The notes: generated from the sequence alone by a model not told the origin. A stretch of DNA of 64,000 nt from Eledone cirrhosa (GCA_964016885.1 OZ024743.1:7812001-7876000), one strand, 5' to 3'; counted from the first letter of the stretch, positions 41,807 through 58,446 are shown. Translations and numbers: made by a program.

Positions 41807-42203
41807 AATATAGCAATGGCTTCTACAAGACTAAAACTGTTTCATTCGTATTAAATAATGATGCTTAAAGTTTACTAATATATTGATTACCTTTTTAAAC
41901 TGAGATTACCCCCGAGATTACTCTTGATCTACACACACACACACACATATATATATATATGTATATATATATAGGAAAAGAGTCAGGACTCGGACGGCTG
42001 AGCTCCGGCCGTTTCGACAGCTAGTATATAGATATATATATATACTACAAGTAATGGTTCCGCATATCATTATGATGGAGCATAGATCCTCCTCAAATAA
42101 CACGCTACCATATTAAAATGGGGAATGATATATTAGTTAATGTATTCTTAGTTGTCTTGTGCGCGTTCTCCCCATTTTTGGTTCATATATATATATATGT
42201 ATG

Positions 42204-42337
<134 letters not shown>

Positions 42338-42696
42338 ATGGTGAAAGAGAAACAGAGAGAATGAGAGAGAGTGAGAAAGTCTATATTTTCTTCACTTTTC
42401 AGAAATTGTTTTTATTATTAGTAGTTATTCGTTATATATTAATGATTCCTTTAGTCTCAATTCCGGAGTTAATAAAGTACTACACAAGTACTGATGTTAA
42501 TTTAATCAACATAGCCCTTTCCTATAATTAGCTGGCCTTGTGCCTAAAGAAGAAATCGATATATTGATATAAGCTAATTTGGACTTCTATATTTGGGGTT
42601 TGTAAAGGCACCATACTTCTGTCACTACATTGTCCAGGTCACTTTGGGTATATATATTTTATATATGTTAAAATATGCAACAAAACATTACCTTAA

Positions 42697-42882
42697 TAAT
42701 TGTTTCTATTTTTGGCACAAGGCCAGCAATTATTCCAGTGCATTACTGGTACTTTATTTCATCGACCCCGTAAGGATGAAAGGCAAAGTTAACCTCGGCG
42801 GGATTTGAACTCGGCCCGTAAAGGGGCGTAACTCTTTGCTGCAAAGTATGGCGTCAGACCCTCTACCGATACTGTCAATCCA
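42697..42882 (-). mobile_element. tRNA-derived SINE, dominant family
   Basis: Core and head match the other copies. Confidence 0.88.
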
Positions 42883-43326
42883 AAGTGATATATAATTATA
42901 ATAATGAAATTATTGTGTAGTTTTGAATCTTTCTACATAATCAGTTTGCCCAAATCTGTGATGATATAAATTAAAGTTTATAGGAGAAAGTAGATTGATA
43001 ATACAAGCAGGTGTTACCTTTCCACTTTATTCCGTCTGCACGACATTACTTTTCGACTATTTTGTAGTTAACAAGTGTTGTGGTAGCTTTGCAAAGGGAA
43101 ATCATACTTTCATATTGCATATTACTGTGATTCATTTATTTATGCCCAACCCCCTCCCCACACACACATGATGGATTTTGTTATGATTCGAGATTTTAAA
43201 ACCGCGGTCCGTGCACCCTAACCACTAAGCCACGCGACGTACCAATGACTGAAGCCCAAAGGTGTTTACAAAATAATATGTTTGAGAGAAAAGCTGTTCC
43301 CTACTTAAACAAATTGTACACATACA

Positions 43327-43359
<33 letters not shown>

Positions 43360-43382
43360 GTGTGTATATACATTATGTGCAT

Positions 43383-43536
43383 TATGTGTCAATAATTGTC
43401 ACAAGTGTAGTGTTTGTACCAGAGTTTTCAAGTCGCTGGCTGGATTAAAAAGTCACACTTGTTCAGCGCATCAGTAGGAGTTCTCCTACATGGATATAAA
43501 GTAGTGGCCGTACTCGAAAACGAGTTGGCAGCCACC

Positions 43537-43537
<1 letters not shown>
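43383..43537 (+). mobile_element. RTE-derived element, 3' fragment
   Basis: Matches 30118-30270. Confidence 0.8.
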
Positions 43538-43587
<50 letters not shown>

Positions 43588-43949
43588 CATACATACCTCT
43601 ATACCTCTCTCCTACTTTCATCTTAGCCCAGCAATAGTCTTCTAACTTTAGTCAGGTCACTATGAAATTTTCCTCACACAATATTTACTAAGAAGAAATG
43701 GAATGTGGCAGTAGATTTAACAACTTTACAGTAGACGTCAAGTCTTAAAACAGATAATCGAAAGAAAGTTTTTCAAACAACCGATCTACTTCATTGCTAA
43801 ACAGGTGCTCACGCAAATGTTTCTTACACTTCTTGTTTTCTAACGTTACAGGTGTTATTCATCAGAAACATGTTTGATTCTGATATTCTGAACATAAACT
43901 CAATTATAAATAAAATAGGGATGGTAATATAGGGTATATACGTAATATA

Positions 43950-44352
<403 letters not shown>

Positions 44353-44437
44353 TATATATATATAGTTATATATATATATAGTTATATATATATATATATA
44401 CAAATACACACACTCTCTCTCTCTCACACACACTTAC

Positions 44438-44474
<37 letters not shown>

Positions 44475-44631
44475 CACACGCATATAAATATATATTGACG
44501 TAGTAATCAACCTCTATCAGGCATTAGTGATTCTGATTTTGGCTTTTAGATAACTACAGAGAACCAACAATAAATCTATCTATCTATCTAGCTCTCACTT
44601 TCTTTCTCTCCTCTGACTCTCTCTCTGTCTC

Positions 44632-44717
<86 letters not shown>

Positions 44718-44854
44718 TCTCTTAACATATATATATATATAGGAACGAGTAGGACCCCATATATATATATATATATTCGAAACAAATACTGCAAAGCATT
44801 TTGTCTGACGCTCTAGCGATTTAGCCAATCAATCACCTTAACTCTACTCCCCCC

Positions 44855-44914
<60 letters not shown>

Positions 44915-45054
44915 TGTGTCCCTAATATTTCTCTTGCCCATAACAGAATAAACTCGCTCACAAACACATTTTTGTCATTTACTGAGTTAAAATGAGACGA
45001 TCGCCAATCCAACAAAATCAGATTCTTTTTCAAGTTTTTGTTCTTCTTTGGATT

Positions 45055-45275
45055 GGTGCGGTGGATTGGCAGTATCAGTAGAGCGCCGGGCAATATACTT
45101 TGCGGCATAGAATTATGGCCCTTTACACTTTGAGTTTAAATCCCGCCGAGGTTAGCTTTTCCTTTCATCCTTACGGGGTCGATAAAATAAAGTACCAGTA
45201 ATGCACTGGGGTAAAATTCATCCACTTTCCCTCCAACCAAATTGTTGGCCTTGTGCCTAAATCAGAAACCATTAC
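45055..45275 (+). mobile_element. tRNA-derived SINE, dominant family, long-tail variant
   Basis: Head ggtggattggcagtatcagtaga, conserved core, tail ggccttgtgcctaaatcagaaacc. Confidence 0.85.
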
Positions 45276-45744
45276 TTACGACGGTGTTAGAAGCACGACC
45301 GACATCTCTCCCCTGTCAATAAGCCACCATCCATCAGAGATAACCCTTTCTGGGTGATCATGATCTAATCGTAGCACACTGAACATGCACTTGCTTTTTT
45401 CTCTCATATTCCTCATAAATATCTATCCTGAATTGTTTAATACCCACCACAACCTCGCCTAATTCAGGAGTGTTTTGCCACTTAACTTTCAACAGATTCA
45501 GGGCTCTGCTAATGTCTATCACAGAAAGGCATCTCATCGTGCAACCAAGAATTTAAATGTAAATAAGATTAAACATTATGCCTTTGTAAAAAGTAATCTG
45601 GAATCGTAAAAGAACAAGCATACAGACGGCTTTCGAACCTACAACCGGCCGTTGGGTCAGCGACTGCGTTTTCGATCTCAAGTTGGTGTTGAAAATTGTA
45701 GCATATTTAATATTTTTTTATATAAAGATTCATCATAGGTATGT

Positions 45745-47660
45745 TCTTCTGGTTTTATAATTTCACAAATTTTTTCCCACTAGAGAGAGAGTCGGTTTCT
45801 AACATAGATACAAGACTCTCTCATTGGAATTTACACAACATCAACTAGGTAGATTATGTATGCATGCATGTGTAGATATTGATGTTATTGTATGTGTGAA
45901 TGTGTATGTTTTGAGTTGTATGTGTGCATGTGTATATGCTTTGTATCTGTACATGTGTATATGCAGTTATTAGATGCAAAATCTTTGGAATGTTTTACAT
46001 ATTTTTACTGTGTACATTAATGGATTGTACTTGTAATTTCCTAACTAGTTTTGTTCTTTCTGTTCCTGTGAAGCCTAGCTTCTCAAGATTTGTATTGAGA
46101 TAGTTACTAACATATCCCAGTGCCCCAATAACCACAGGCATAAATCTGAAGGTGTAATAAGGGTGGAGTATCTGCAGATTTCTCATCAGTTCTGCATAAA
46201 TATCCTCCTTTTCGCTAATCTTTGATATTATATTGGCATCTGCTGGGCAGCTAATTTCCACTACTGTGCATGCTTTCTTCTCCCTGTCCCATGTCATAAT
46301 ATCTGGTCTGTTATGCCTGCATTTTATTGGGGTTTTTACTGGAACATTCCACCAGTACTTTTTCATATTATGTATATGGATGTCTTCCACATTGCTGTAG
46401 CTTTTAATGTGTTTATTATCGGGGCTATCTTTTTTACGAACTGCATTGTACAGTGTTTTGGCCACTACATCATGCCTCATAGGTAGATAGTACCGCGATG
46501 ACATCTTTGGACAGCTGCTGATGACATGGTTGATATCTTCGATGTTAGTTCTGCAGAGTCTGCACTTGTTATCATATCTAGGTGTTTTGCCTGCATCCCT
46601 ATCTCTTTTGTGAATCAGGTATTTCGTGTTAATCTCCTGTTCTTGGATTGCAAAAGCGTCTCCTTCAAAGCGGTTGTTGGTCCAAGATAGACTACTTTCC
46701 TTATCTATATTACTCTCACTCTGGAGCTTCCTGGCAACATATCCATGCATGATTTTTTGCTGATAAGCATGCAGTTTTTCATCCATGGATTCACTGCGAT
46801 ACTGCCGAGCGACTTCCCTGGGTGTAAGTTTTTGATTATCACACAGGGAATATCTCTAGAGGAGTTCTTTCCCAACTCTCATGATCTTATCTGTTTCATG
46901 CAGATAGACTTGCTCGAGAAACGGGCTCCTACGCTTCGAGGTTCGTAGATGTTGTCGGAGAGATATGATGCGACATTTAAATACTGTCTGGACTGATGTT
47001 AGGCCTCTGCCTCCCTGCTTACGTTTCAAGTGAAGGCGGTCTATGTCACTGTTGATGTGGAAGTTTCCAGTGTTGTTTAGTATTTTTCGAGTTCCAACAT
47101 CAATTGCTCGGATTTTGTCTATCGTCCAATTGAGTATTCCAAACGTTGGTGTTAGGACAGGCACAGCAAACACATTGTGAGCCAGTGTTTTGTTTTGCGC
47201 AGAGAGTTCCGATGACCAGATCTTTCTTAATCGGGTGTAGTATTCCCTGGTTACGCGTTCTTTATTACAGATACCATTATAGGATATGTTATCATCTATC
47301 CCCAAGTATCTGTAACAGTTCTCATCAGATATCGGTGAAACAGTTAGGCCATTGATGACAATGTTGCGCTTTACAGTCATGTATGAGCATTTATCTTGGC
47401 CAAACTCCATTCCTATATCCTTTGAGAACGTTGTAACCAGGTCAAGGTTTTTCTTCATCCCATCCATGTTCTTGGCATAGAGTTTCAGATCGTCCACAAA
47501 GAAATTATGGGTTAGGTTTATATTTCTGTCCTCCTGTGAGCCAATGATGTATCCCTCACATTTCTTGAGCAGAAAGGGGTTTAATGACAAGATGAATAAT
47601 ATCACAGAGAGACTGTCCCCCTGAAATATACCCCTGCAATATTTTATTTTATCAGTGAAA
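45745..47660 (-). mobile_element. 5'-truncated RLE non-LTR retrotransposon (R4/Dong-like), second subfamily, 5' end abutting (CATA)n
   Basis: GIFQGDSLS, HNFFVDDLKLY, YRYLG, RKQGGRGL, CRLC...HVISSC, RHD and RPDIMTWD...VVEISCP; a few stops and frameshifts. The 3' boundary is approximate and ends ...agaagaacatac. Confidence 0.9.
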
Positions 47661-48278
47661 ATGTATGTATGTATGTATGTATGTATGTATGTATGTATGT
47701 ATGTATGTATGTATGTATGTATGAAATATGGGTGTTTGAAGGATATAGGGCACCAGTAACCATGAATAAGGGTGTAGTTAACTTCCTGTATACTTTTCAT
47801 AGTTATTTACTTTCATAAAAATGTGTACAACATAACCACAGAGCAACACCATAGCTTAATCATGCGTTACTTGACTGCTTGTTCAATGTGCAATGGAGAA
47901 ATCTATCCAACCAGATTTTGTTTAGGCTGCACATAGTACGTATGTCTATAACCAGTCTCTACCACTTTGTATAATGGGTTCCTTTCTAGTTAGCTAGAAA
48001 TGCTGTCAGTTTAAACTACAAGCCATTTTGGTATGAATAAAGGTCACTTTCCATTGTTCTGTAGAATAAGTTCAGACTATAGAATGTAAGTTATAAATTG
48101 TAAGAAGGAATATTCAATCTGTAGTTATTCAATTGCTTCTATACGAATGTCACTATTAATTATGTCATTGCTATGAACGACCTTTGCCTTGTACTTAATT
48201 TCAGTCGTAAATATACTATATACATATATCTAGTCTTGTATGAGGTCTCATGCTGATTGAGTGGATTTGAAGGCTTCA

Positions 48279-48463
<185 letters not shown>

Positions 48464-51400
48464 CTATTTAAATTAATTAGGTAGTTCTATTGACAAATAA
48501 TCTGATCATGAAAAATTGAGCAATTGATTTTATAAACAATGATAGCTTGGAAGAACTCCAAATATTTGCGTAACTGAAATTCATCAGTTTTGTATCTTCC
48601 TTCATGATTTTACATAGAGTTCTTGATTGACAGCGAAACTTTGTTCCTAAAAATCACCAGTTAGACATACCTGTTGAGGGCAAATCAGAACTATTATGTA
48701 CTAATATTTCCAAGAATAAAATATTCTTCTTCCTAATTTAGTTTTCATCTTCACCCTTTATTTTTCGCCATCATGTATCTGATCGAGTGAGGAATTCACC
48801 TTATGCATTTGTATGTACATAGCCTTATCTCGATGGCTAAAACTAAATATCAGACAAATATGTTAGTGTATGTATGCTCTGCCTTAATGTGTATATTTCC
48901 ATAATTACAGCTTATCGTCAACAAGGTGACAAATATGTTTTCTGGGTTTTAACTTTATCAAACATCTCTATCCACATGTGTGCAAATAGGGATGAATACA
49001 CATGATTTATGTATATCGCTTCTAAATGTAAATGTAAATTGCTCTTTCTACCAACAGCCATAGTCCCAACTTACCGTAATTTCTAGATTATTACGTAAAA
49101 AAATTATATGGATGCAATGATTATTCATTAATGATTTGGAGATTAAATAGAGAGCTTTGATCAGAATATCAAAATTTTAATGTCACTACAGAGGATCTCC
49201 ATCTGTAGCTCTAGACCAGATATTTACATGTGCAAGGCAGCTTTTCTATACATGACCTTTGTTCCCTGTTCCAGCAAATAACATCAAATGTATTGTGCTT
49301 ATATTGAAATGTTGTGCTAATAGTATTTATTTTTAAAAGCTTAGATCCATTTCGGCAATACGGTGTCTTTGTTATTTCAATCAGAACAACCTCTTTTCCA
49401 GATAGTAGTACTATGTAGTACTTGCAACAACGATAAAGATGATGATGAAAAAAGAATTACTAATTAGTTCTTACATAGGCACTAAACTACAAATATGTGG
49501 GGAAGGCTGTAGTAAAAAAATCGACCTCGGGTTAGTACATACTTTATAAAGACTACAAAAAATAGGCAAATAAAAGAGATGGTACACAAGTGTATAATCC
49601 TAAATCAGTATCAATTGGAATCCAATCTCAGTAAATATAAACAAACTGTTCATAAAGAAAGGACAAGAGAACAAATTTCACCTTCTTTATTGGTTACTTT
49701 TATAAGACTGGCGAGTCAATTAGAAAGCTCCTTATGTGGTCATTCAGCCTACTAAAAGTAGCAGCTTGATCGTCATCAAATTACACTCTACTGTCTTTAG
49801 AAAGGAAGGACAGAACGCATTTTTTTATTCAGATAAAATACTCTGTCTGAAATCTGCCCCTCTAAAAATATCCCTCAGAATCGTCAGGGGCCTGCTTGAT
49901 TAGACCAGAACACGAAGAACAAGAAGAACAACAAAAAGAGACATAACTAGATACATCAAGTTATTTAATCCAATGTTCCACTATTTCTGCATTAAACATT
50001 TATTTAAATTTAAATATTTAGTAAAGTGTTTACAGTTGATAGACTCCCGGGTAAGGAAAATTCAAGTTAACCTTCAAGAATCGATGGTGAAAAGAAAAGA
50101 AGAAGAAAAGATCTCCAACTTTTTTGTTGATGACTATTCCTGTCGTTCGATCAACGGAGTAGCCTATTAGTTGAATCAAAATGCAAGCGACTGAGTATTC
50201 TACAGGCATGTGTACTCTTAACATAATTCAAAGGGACGTTACACAAGCTGGCTTTTTGAACTTGAGATAAATTCCATTCAGCAAGTTTTCAGTTCCGTCT
50301 TCCAAATTTCACTCACAAAACTTGAGTTAATCCACTGCTTTGGTAAAAAATACTTTTCCAAGATGAAGTAATAAAACATGGAATTTCATGATTACGAAAT
50401 GAAATTTTTAATCAATCGGCCATGCGTCGAAAGTGGTACGGAATGGGTTCCGTTGATTTCTGAGTTTGGCAGTTATTCGATCACCTCAACAGCCTACTCG
50501 TGAAATTTACGTAATTCTTAGGAAGATTCAACGTGATACAATGTGTGACAAGACTAACCATTAAATCACAGATACAGCCATTCTGACAGGCTTCCACACA
50601 GCTTCCATCCACCCAATTTTTCTCACAGGGCGTTAGTTGACTCGATCTACGGTAAATGATACTTGAACAAAACGACACGCAGTAGGATTGTTGTTGTTGT
50701 TATTGTTATCTTAGAGATAACAGTAACAACAACAATAATAACAATATGTATAACAATAATATTATTTACTTGTGTATTTTTATAAATGTATTATTATTCA
50801 AATCTCAATATGATGTTTATTCATTATTTACAAACCAATTAATGCTTCTCATCGATCAGGGTGGTGGATGACAGAATTGGCAGGGCTCCCCCGTTTAATA
50901 TTTTATGTTTGTTTCCAGTTCAAATCCAGATATAAATCCAATAAAAATAAGTACCAGTTATGTGAATTTAAGCGACTGTCGCACCACACCTATTCCTTTT
51001 ATATCTAGTGACGATGTTAGAAATCAATATTGTCAGTTCTAGAGAGAAGAAGCACTGTACTCTATAAAGTAGACTTCCAACCGCCCAGAACTGCGACGCG
51101 GTTTTGATTTCAAAGTTGAAGTTACATTGCTTCATTTACACAACCAATGCTCCTGAGGCTGGAATAAATGCAATCATTTTCACAAAATTCAGGGATTTTG
51201 AATCGTGTTCAAAGAAACCAATATTTACTGCCGAATCCAATTCTGGTCAAAAATACCATATATATATATATATAAGTACAGCTATCATTATAGAAACGTA
51301 AATAGATAACGTAATGTAGTTATAATGTACGAGGAAATCATTGTTGAAAAGAGACTATTAAAGTATTGATGGCTTTTAGATGATCGTATACATCACTGCA

Positions 51401-51589
51401 CTCACTGAATAATGAAGCTGTTCTATATATTCCTATCAACAAAATATATGTAGTGTATACGATATTATATTGATATCGTGGTTAATCGATATAGCTACAT
51501 TTCCTTTTAATCTATGTAGTCTAGACTCTTGTACTTTATGTGTTAGATATTAATATCACATATATTTATTTCTATCAGTTATTATTAAA

Positions 51590-51755
51590 TTGGCAGTATC
51601 GGTAGAGGCTCGGACATGCTTTCCAGCACAGTTACGTCCCTTTATGATCTGAGTTCAAATCCCGCCGAGGTTGACTTTGCCTTTCATCCTTATGGGGGTC
51701 GATAAAATAAAGTACCAGTAATTGCTGGCCTTGTACCAAAAGTAGAAACAATTAT
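51590..51755 (+). mobile_element. tRNA-derived SINE, dominant family
   Basis: TSD attattaaatt. Confidence 0.88.
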
Positions 51756-52072
51756 TAAATTTACTTGATATTTGGTAAGGAATTTACGGAAACTAAGCTA
51801 AACAAAACAGTATTATAAGGGTTCCTGTTTTAGCTACAAGGCTAGAAATATACGAGGGGAGCAAAGTTGATTACAATGTTTCGAGTATTTGCTTCATACA
51901 TCAGTAATGCACTGGGTAATTGCTGGCCTTGTGCCTAAAGTAGAAACAATTATTTTATCGACACCCAAAAGATGAAAGGCAAAGTTAACATCGCTGGGAT
52001 TTGAACTCGGTATGTAAATGTAATAAGCCGGAATGAATGTTAATATATACATATATAAATATATAGATATAC

Positions 52073-52113
52073 ACATATCTTATATATATATATATATATA
52101 TATACATATCCTG

Positions 52114-52144
<31 letters not shown>

Positions 52145-52148
52145 CCTG

Positions 52149-52179
<31 letters not shown>

Positions 52180-52199
52180 CCTGTATATATACACATATC

Positions 52200-52235
<36 letters not shown>

Positions 52236-52262
52236 CCTGTATATATATATATATATATATAT
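52073..52262. repeat. Compound minisatellite catatcctg(TA)n, about 6 units
   Basis: Direct reading. Confidence 0.85.
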
Positions 52263-53482
52263 ACATACATACTATACATATTGGGTTGACTGAGATTTCA
52301 ATTTAGCTGTGAAAAATGTAAATGCAATCTCTCATTAAAAAAATAGTTTCCATTATTTAAAATCTTTCACATTGAAGCTTATAAACAGCAGTTGTATCTA
52401 CGTCAAATTTGTCTAAGATCTGCATATAGATTTTCTAAGATCTGCATATAAGATGTTCATTTTCTAAGATATCCATTCCTTAATAATTTATGTCAAATTA
52501 AACCGGCCATTTCATATAGTTTGTATCTGATGTAAATAGGGTTTGACTGAAGATCCCTTTGTGGATAGAAGGAAAATGGTACTTGTCTTCATTAGACATG
52601 AACCATATAAAGGCATTCTCTTTGGAAAGAAAATATGCTAAATTTAGTTTGATTGACCAAATATAAATAGGAAGTATGGCCTATAGTTACTAATGAACAA
52701 TGTTTGATTGAACTCTATGAAAATATATTGGTTTTGTTTGGTCATTTTGCATATCAATATATCAAAACGTTTATTGGAAAAATCATAGATTGAAACATAT
52801 CTCCCAAAACATACGAAATAACTTTTGTGTCTCTCCATTAACCGAAAATAATCGACACGTAAATATTTATATAATGTTGAAGTTTTTATCTAATAAAGAC
52901 TATGTTAGTACTATTAAGTGTGAAGATGCGTAGTTAAATACTGAGTGTATTTGGCTCACAATTGCAAGGTTGTGAGTTTGATCCTCGGCAGTACATTGTG
53001 CCCTTGAGCAACGAACGTCCAATCATTTGAAAAAATGAGTTGTATGTGTAATTCAAATGACGAACTTTGTTACTAATAGTGTGAAGCAGAATCTCCATGA
53101 AAACAAAGTTAAGGAGGGCAAGTATCTGTGGAATGCTCAGCCACTTACACAAACAAGCATCCCGTTATTCGAACAACCAGAACATACAATACTATTAATT
53201 ATTGCGATAGCAATCTTGGTTTCAGCTTAGGGGTACAGTAGCAGACAAATCTCCATGACATGACAGCCTTCAGCAATAGATAAGGAGAAAATAACGACAT
53301 TACATAATACTGTTTTATATATTCCACAAAAATGTGATGGTCACGGTTGAAATATCTTGTGTGACTGTTCAATTGGTGACAACAAAGAATAAACACCTGC
53401 AGCAAGCATCAACAATAGATATACGCATAAAAAGATGCATTTACGTGTCTGAATACGTCTATAATATCAGTCTATGCGTCTG

Positions 53483-53537
<55 letters not shown>

Positions 53538-53695
53538 GCACGCACACATACACACACATATATATATATGTACATATATATATATATGCACACACATATA
53601 CATGTATATAATCAATAGAGAAAAAGAAAAATTTTTTATTAATATCAATGAATAGGACAGCTAAAATATGTCTAGATCAGAGAAATTGTTAAACT

Positions 53696-53849
<154 letters not shown>

Positions 53850-53903
53850 TATATATATATATATTATAATATATATGTATATATATGCATATATATATAT
53901 ACA

Positions 53904-53990
<87 letters not shown>

Positions 53991-54212
53991 GTGCAAACAC
54001 ACATATAAATATAAAATAATAGACTGAAAGATACTGTGTATATTATCGATTTAAATTGCTTTAGCGCGGTGCCGGAGATGGCCACAGGCCAATGGCTGAA
54101 ATTAGTAAAACCCGAACAAATGAAGTATACATGTATATGTAATCTATAAACACATCCAGCCCCTACACACACACACACTCACACACACATATATATATAT
54201 ATATACATATAT

Positions 54213-54245
<33 letters not shown>

Positions 54246-54308
54246 TACACAGATGTGTGTGTGTTCATAGATTTAGTCAAGTGGCTTTAATCAAGAAGCA
54301 TAAACATT

Positions 54309-54366
<58 letters not shown>

Positions 54367-54371
<5 letters not shown>

Positions 54372-54720
54372 AAAGAGATGAAATCGAAAATGCAACTGGA
54401 GTCTTATTTTTTTTTTAAATATATATATTTATTTGGTTCCTTTACCGGTTTCGCAGTTCTTCTGCTTTTCAAAAGGTGAGTTGAGATGGAGGGTCTGTGG
54501 TTTTTCTCACATCAGATGTGAGAAAAACCACAGACCCTCCATCTCAACTCACCTTTTGAAAAGCAGAAGAACTGCGAAACCGGTAAAGGAACCAAATAAA
54601 TATATATATTTAAAAAAAAAATAAGACTCCAGTTGCATTTTCGATTTCATCTCTTTTTCTTTATACTTTCACTCGTGTAGGACACCTCGGTTATTTTTCA
54701 ATTTGTAAAAAAACCTCACG

Positions 54721-54727
<7 letters not shown>
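54367..54727. mobile_element. Family C palindrome (about 145-bp arms, centre 54514) plus 3' tail, in (TA)n; U3-A8 hammerheads at 54439-54476 (-) and 54552-54589 (+)
   Basis: Exact inverted arms around ctcacatc-a-gatgtgag. Confidence 0.85.
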
Positions 54728-54792
<65 letters not shown>

Positions 54793-54793
54793 T

Positions 54794-54842
<49 letters not shown>

Positions 54843-54947
54843 CTATGTGTGTGTATGTATGAAGGTATGTGAATATATTTATGAATAATATATGTACATA
54901 CGTGTATATATATATATATCTATATATATATATAATATATATATATA

Positions 54948-55026
<79 letters not shown>

Positions 55027-55068
55027 TTATATATATATATATATATAATATATATATATATTTATATA

Positions 55069-55179
<111 letters not shown>

Positions 55180-55463
55180 GTATATATACATATACATATA
55201 AATATATATAAATATATATATATAAATTAATAAAACAATGAATAAACAAAGAAACAGTTCCTTATATTAAAAAAAATTCATCATGTTTCTAGGATATATA
55301 TGGGTTAGAGTTGGTATGCATATTCTATAGATCTATGTACAATATTTATACAAATTATCAGAGGGAATATACATACCTACACATATATATGCTGTCTTCA
55401 GAAATAATCTTAGTGATATGGATAATGGACAAGAAAAATATATATCATATATATATATATATT

Positions 55464-55586
<123 letters not shown>

Positions 55587-55637
55587 AGCTTCCTGAAGAT
55601 TTCATCTGAATGAAACAGTACTAGTCCTGTAGAAGCT
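55587..55637 (+). ncRNA. Type I hammerhead ribozyme, family A
   Basis: agcttc-CTGAAGA-tttc-atct-gaat-GAAAC-ag-tactagtc-ct-GTA-gaagct. The element starts at stem I directly after (TA)n and runs to about 55725. Confidence 0.78.
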
Positions 55638-55724
55638 CCTTCTATAAAATAAAAAAAATGTACTCTGCCATGTATTGAGTACCTTACTTACTGTGGTTAT
55701 CCCCGACTCAACCCGGGATCTACG

Positions 55725-55758
<34 letters not shown>

Positions 55759-55852
55759 AGTATGTACATATATTACTCATAAATATATTCACATACCTTC
55801 ATACATACACACACATAGATACATATATATATATACACATATAAATATATAT

Positions 55853-55885
<33 letters not shown>

Positions 55886-55954
55886 AACACATATTTGAGA
55901 CGGTCATTGAATGTATATTTATTTATATACATACATTCATACCCATAAATATGT

Positions 55955-56048
<94 letters not shown>

Positions 56049-56262
56049 TGCATAGGTGTACATTCTATTTAACCAGTAAAATATAGAACGATATAATTAG
56101 AAAGAGATTACAATAGATACTAGTGAGTCAGTATCATTGACTAAAACAGCGAAAATGATGCTGCAGCATGGTCACAGTTTAATGAATGAAAGCAGTAAAA
56201 GAGTTACCTACTCAATGTCTCTTACTGTTTACACACACATACAAATACACACACATACAAAT

Positions 56263-56294
<32 letters not shown>

Positions 56295-56657
56295 TTAGAT
56301 TTGTTGGTTCACCACTGGATAGAAATGGTCATTCTGTATGGTCAATCTCGATGCAATATTATGGAGAGTACTCAACGTAATGCAGTTCACCCGCCTTCTG
56401 CGAATACGGAGTTAATTATTATAAAATAACAGGAGGCTGGACTGGTGTAAATCCTTGAAAGGTTTATTATACTCTGATCATTTCAATGACCGGGTTCCGT
56501 ATGAATCCGGTGATATCATCAGGTATTCGAAATATGTTTTATGTTCCTTTGTTATATTTCGAATACCTGATGATATCACCGGATTCATACGGAACCCGGT
56601 CATTGAAATGATCAGAGTATAATAAACCTTTAAGGAATTACACCAGTCCAGCCTCCT
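56295..56657. mobile_element. Family H element with palindrome 56431-56657 and a degenerate hammerhead-like motif
   Basis: About 105-bp arms with an 18-nt loop. The + arm reads atac-CTGATGA-tatcaccgg...ccggtcatt-GAAA-tgatca-gagtat-AATAAA. Confidence 0.7.
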
Positions 56658-56660
56658 ATC

Positions 56661-56705
<45 letters not shown>

Positions 56706-56955
56706 CATATGTGTATGGGCATATATTTATATATATATGAAATGTGGTATTCCTAAAGCGAATGACCATAATAATAGTAGTTCGCTATAAATAACCGCAT
56801 ATATATATATATATATATGCATATATATATATATATATATATATATGCATATACACACACGTATATATATATATACATATTTATATATATATATATATAA
56901 TGGCCTCAGCCGGATGGCAGGAACAGGTAAAAGAGTAGAAGAATAAAAGAGTAAT

Positions 56956-56987
<32 letters not shown>

Positions 56988-56994
56988 ACGCGCG

Positions 56995-57054
<60 letters not shown>

Positions 57055-57082
57055 CACACATATATATTATATATATATATAT

Positions 57083-57146
57083 AAGTTTATCCCGTGTTCA
57101 TTCTCCCGAATGAAACAGTTCTAGTCCTGTAGAAGCCATTCTATAT

Positions 57147-57150
<4 letters not shown>
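57083..57150 (+). mobile_element. Family A internally deleted copy in (TA)n
   Basis: aagtttatccc (inverted terminus) joined to ttcattctcccgaatGAAACagttctagtcctGTAgaagcc. Confidence 0.7.
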
Positions 57151-57199
<49 letters not shown>

Positions 57200-57229
57200 A
57201 TGTATATATATATATATATATATATACAT

Positions 57230-57270
<41 letters not shown>

Positions 57271-57615
57271 AATACATATATATCTATCTATATATATATA
57301 GATATATATATATATATGCGTGTGTTTCATCCCACAACGTGGCATGTTAATAAAAGGTTGTTGGAGATCGTGAATGCCCCCCCCCCCCCGTCAATTGAAT
57401 TATACCTGTAATGAAAAGCGTCGGATTTCTCACACACACTCTTCTGATACTGAGTCTGTCTGTAGATTACATTAGTTAAACCTGTGTCAGCTTAATATTG
57501 AACAACTTACACTTACACATAATTCAACGAAGAGGAATTTCTGTGATAAATGAGAAAACTCATTGTCGAAATCGACGTAGATCTGATCACTATAAGTGAT
57601 TGTTCAAGTACACAC

Positions 57616-57671
<56 letters not shown>

Positions 57672-57674
57672 ACA

Positions 57675-57719
<45 letters not shown>

Positions 57720-58283
57720 ATATATATAATGTATATATATATACATGCATATATATATATGTGTATATATATATACACACATACAAATACACACACACAC
57801 TCACACACACACATATATAGATATATATACGTGTGTGCGTGTGTGTGATCAAGCAGGAGACACTCAGTACACGATACTAAAAAGTGGATTTATATGTTAT
57901 GTTTCAATGAAAAAAGAAGCTTCAAGAATTTTTAGTCTGGCTTTTTCGCTCTTGATTTTCGTACGATTAATGGTGGATCTTAGTTCTTTGGGTTTGCATA
58001 ATCATTCACTCCACCACCACAGACACTACAATCATACAAGAAACACTGGAACATGACACGCTCATACAATTTGATGCCTAGAAATACTAAGTCACAAAAG
58101 GAAAGAAATTCTGGGGAAGTTATTGGAAAGGTCAAATTGTTGTGGCGATAAATTTTGACAAATCAATTAATGATTTTATTAATTAGCCATAATTAATGTA
58201 CGGGGTTTTCTTTTTTTGACAGAATGTTCCTTTCTCTCCAAAGCGCATTATATAATATCAAACACAAACCTGCGGAATAAACG

Positions 58284-58350
<67 letters not shown>

Positions 58351-58382
58351 CGTGTGTCTATTATTTTGATTGAATAATTACT

Positions 58383-58442
<60 letters not shown>

Positions 58443-58446
58443 ACTG

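Noticed and set aside
47661-47800. N-terminus of the 314-aa ORF as part of the RT
   Set aside because: It is read-through from flanking DNA and the (CATA)n tract; the element is 5'-truncated at about 47660.
51902-52010. Apparently internally inverted SINE
   Set aside because: Better explained as a short plus-strand SINE tail inserted into an older minus-strand copy (about 51815-52010).
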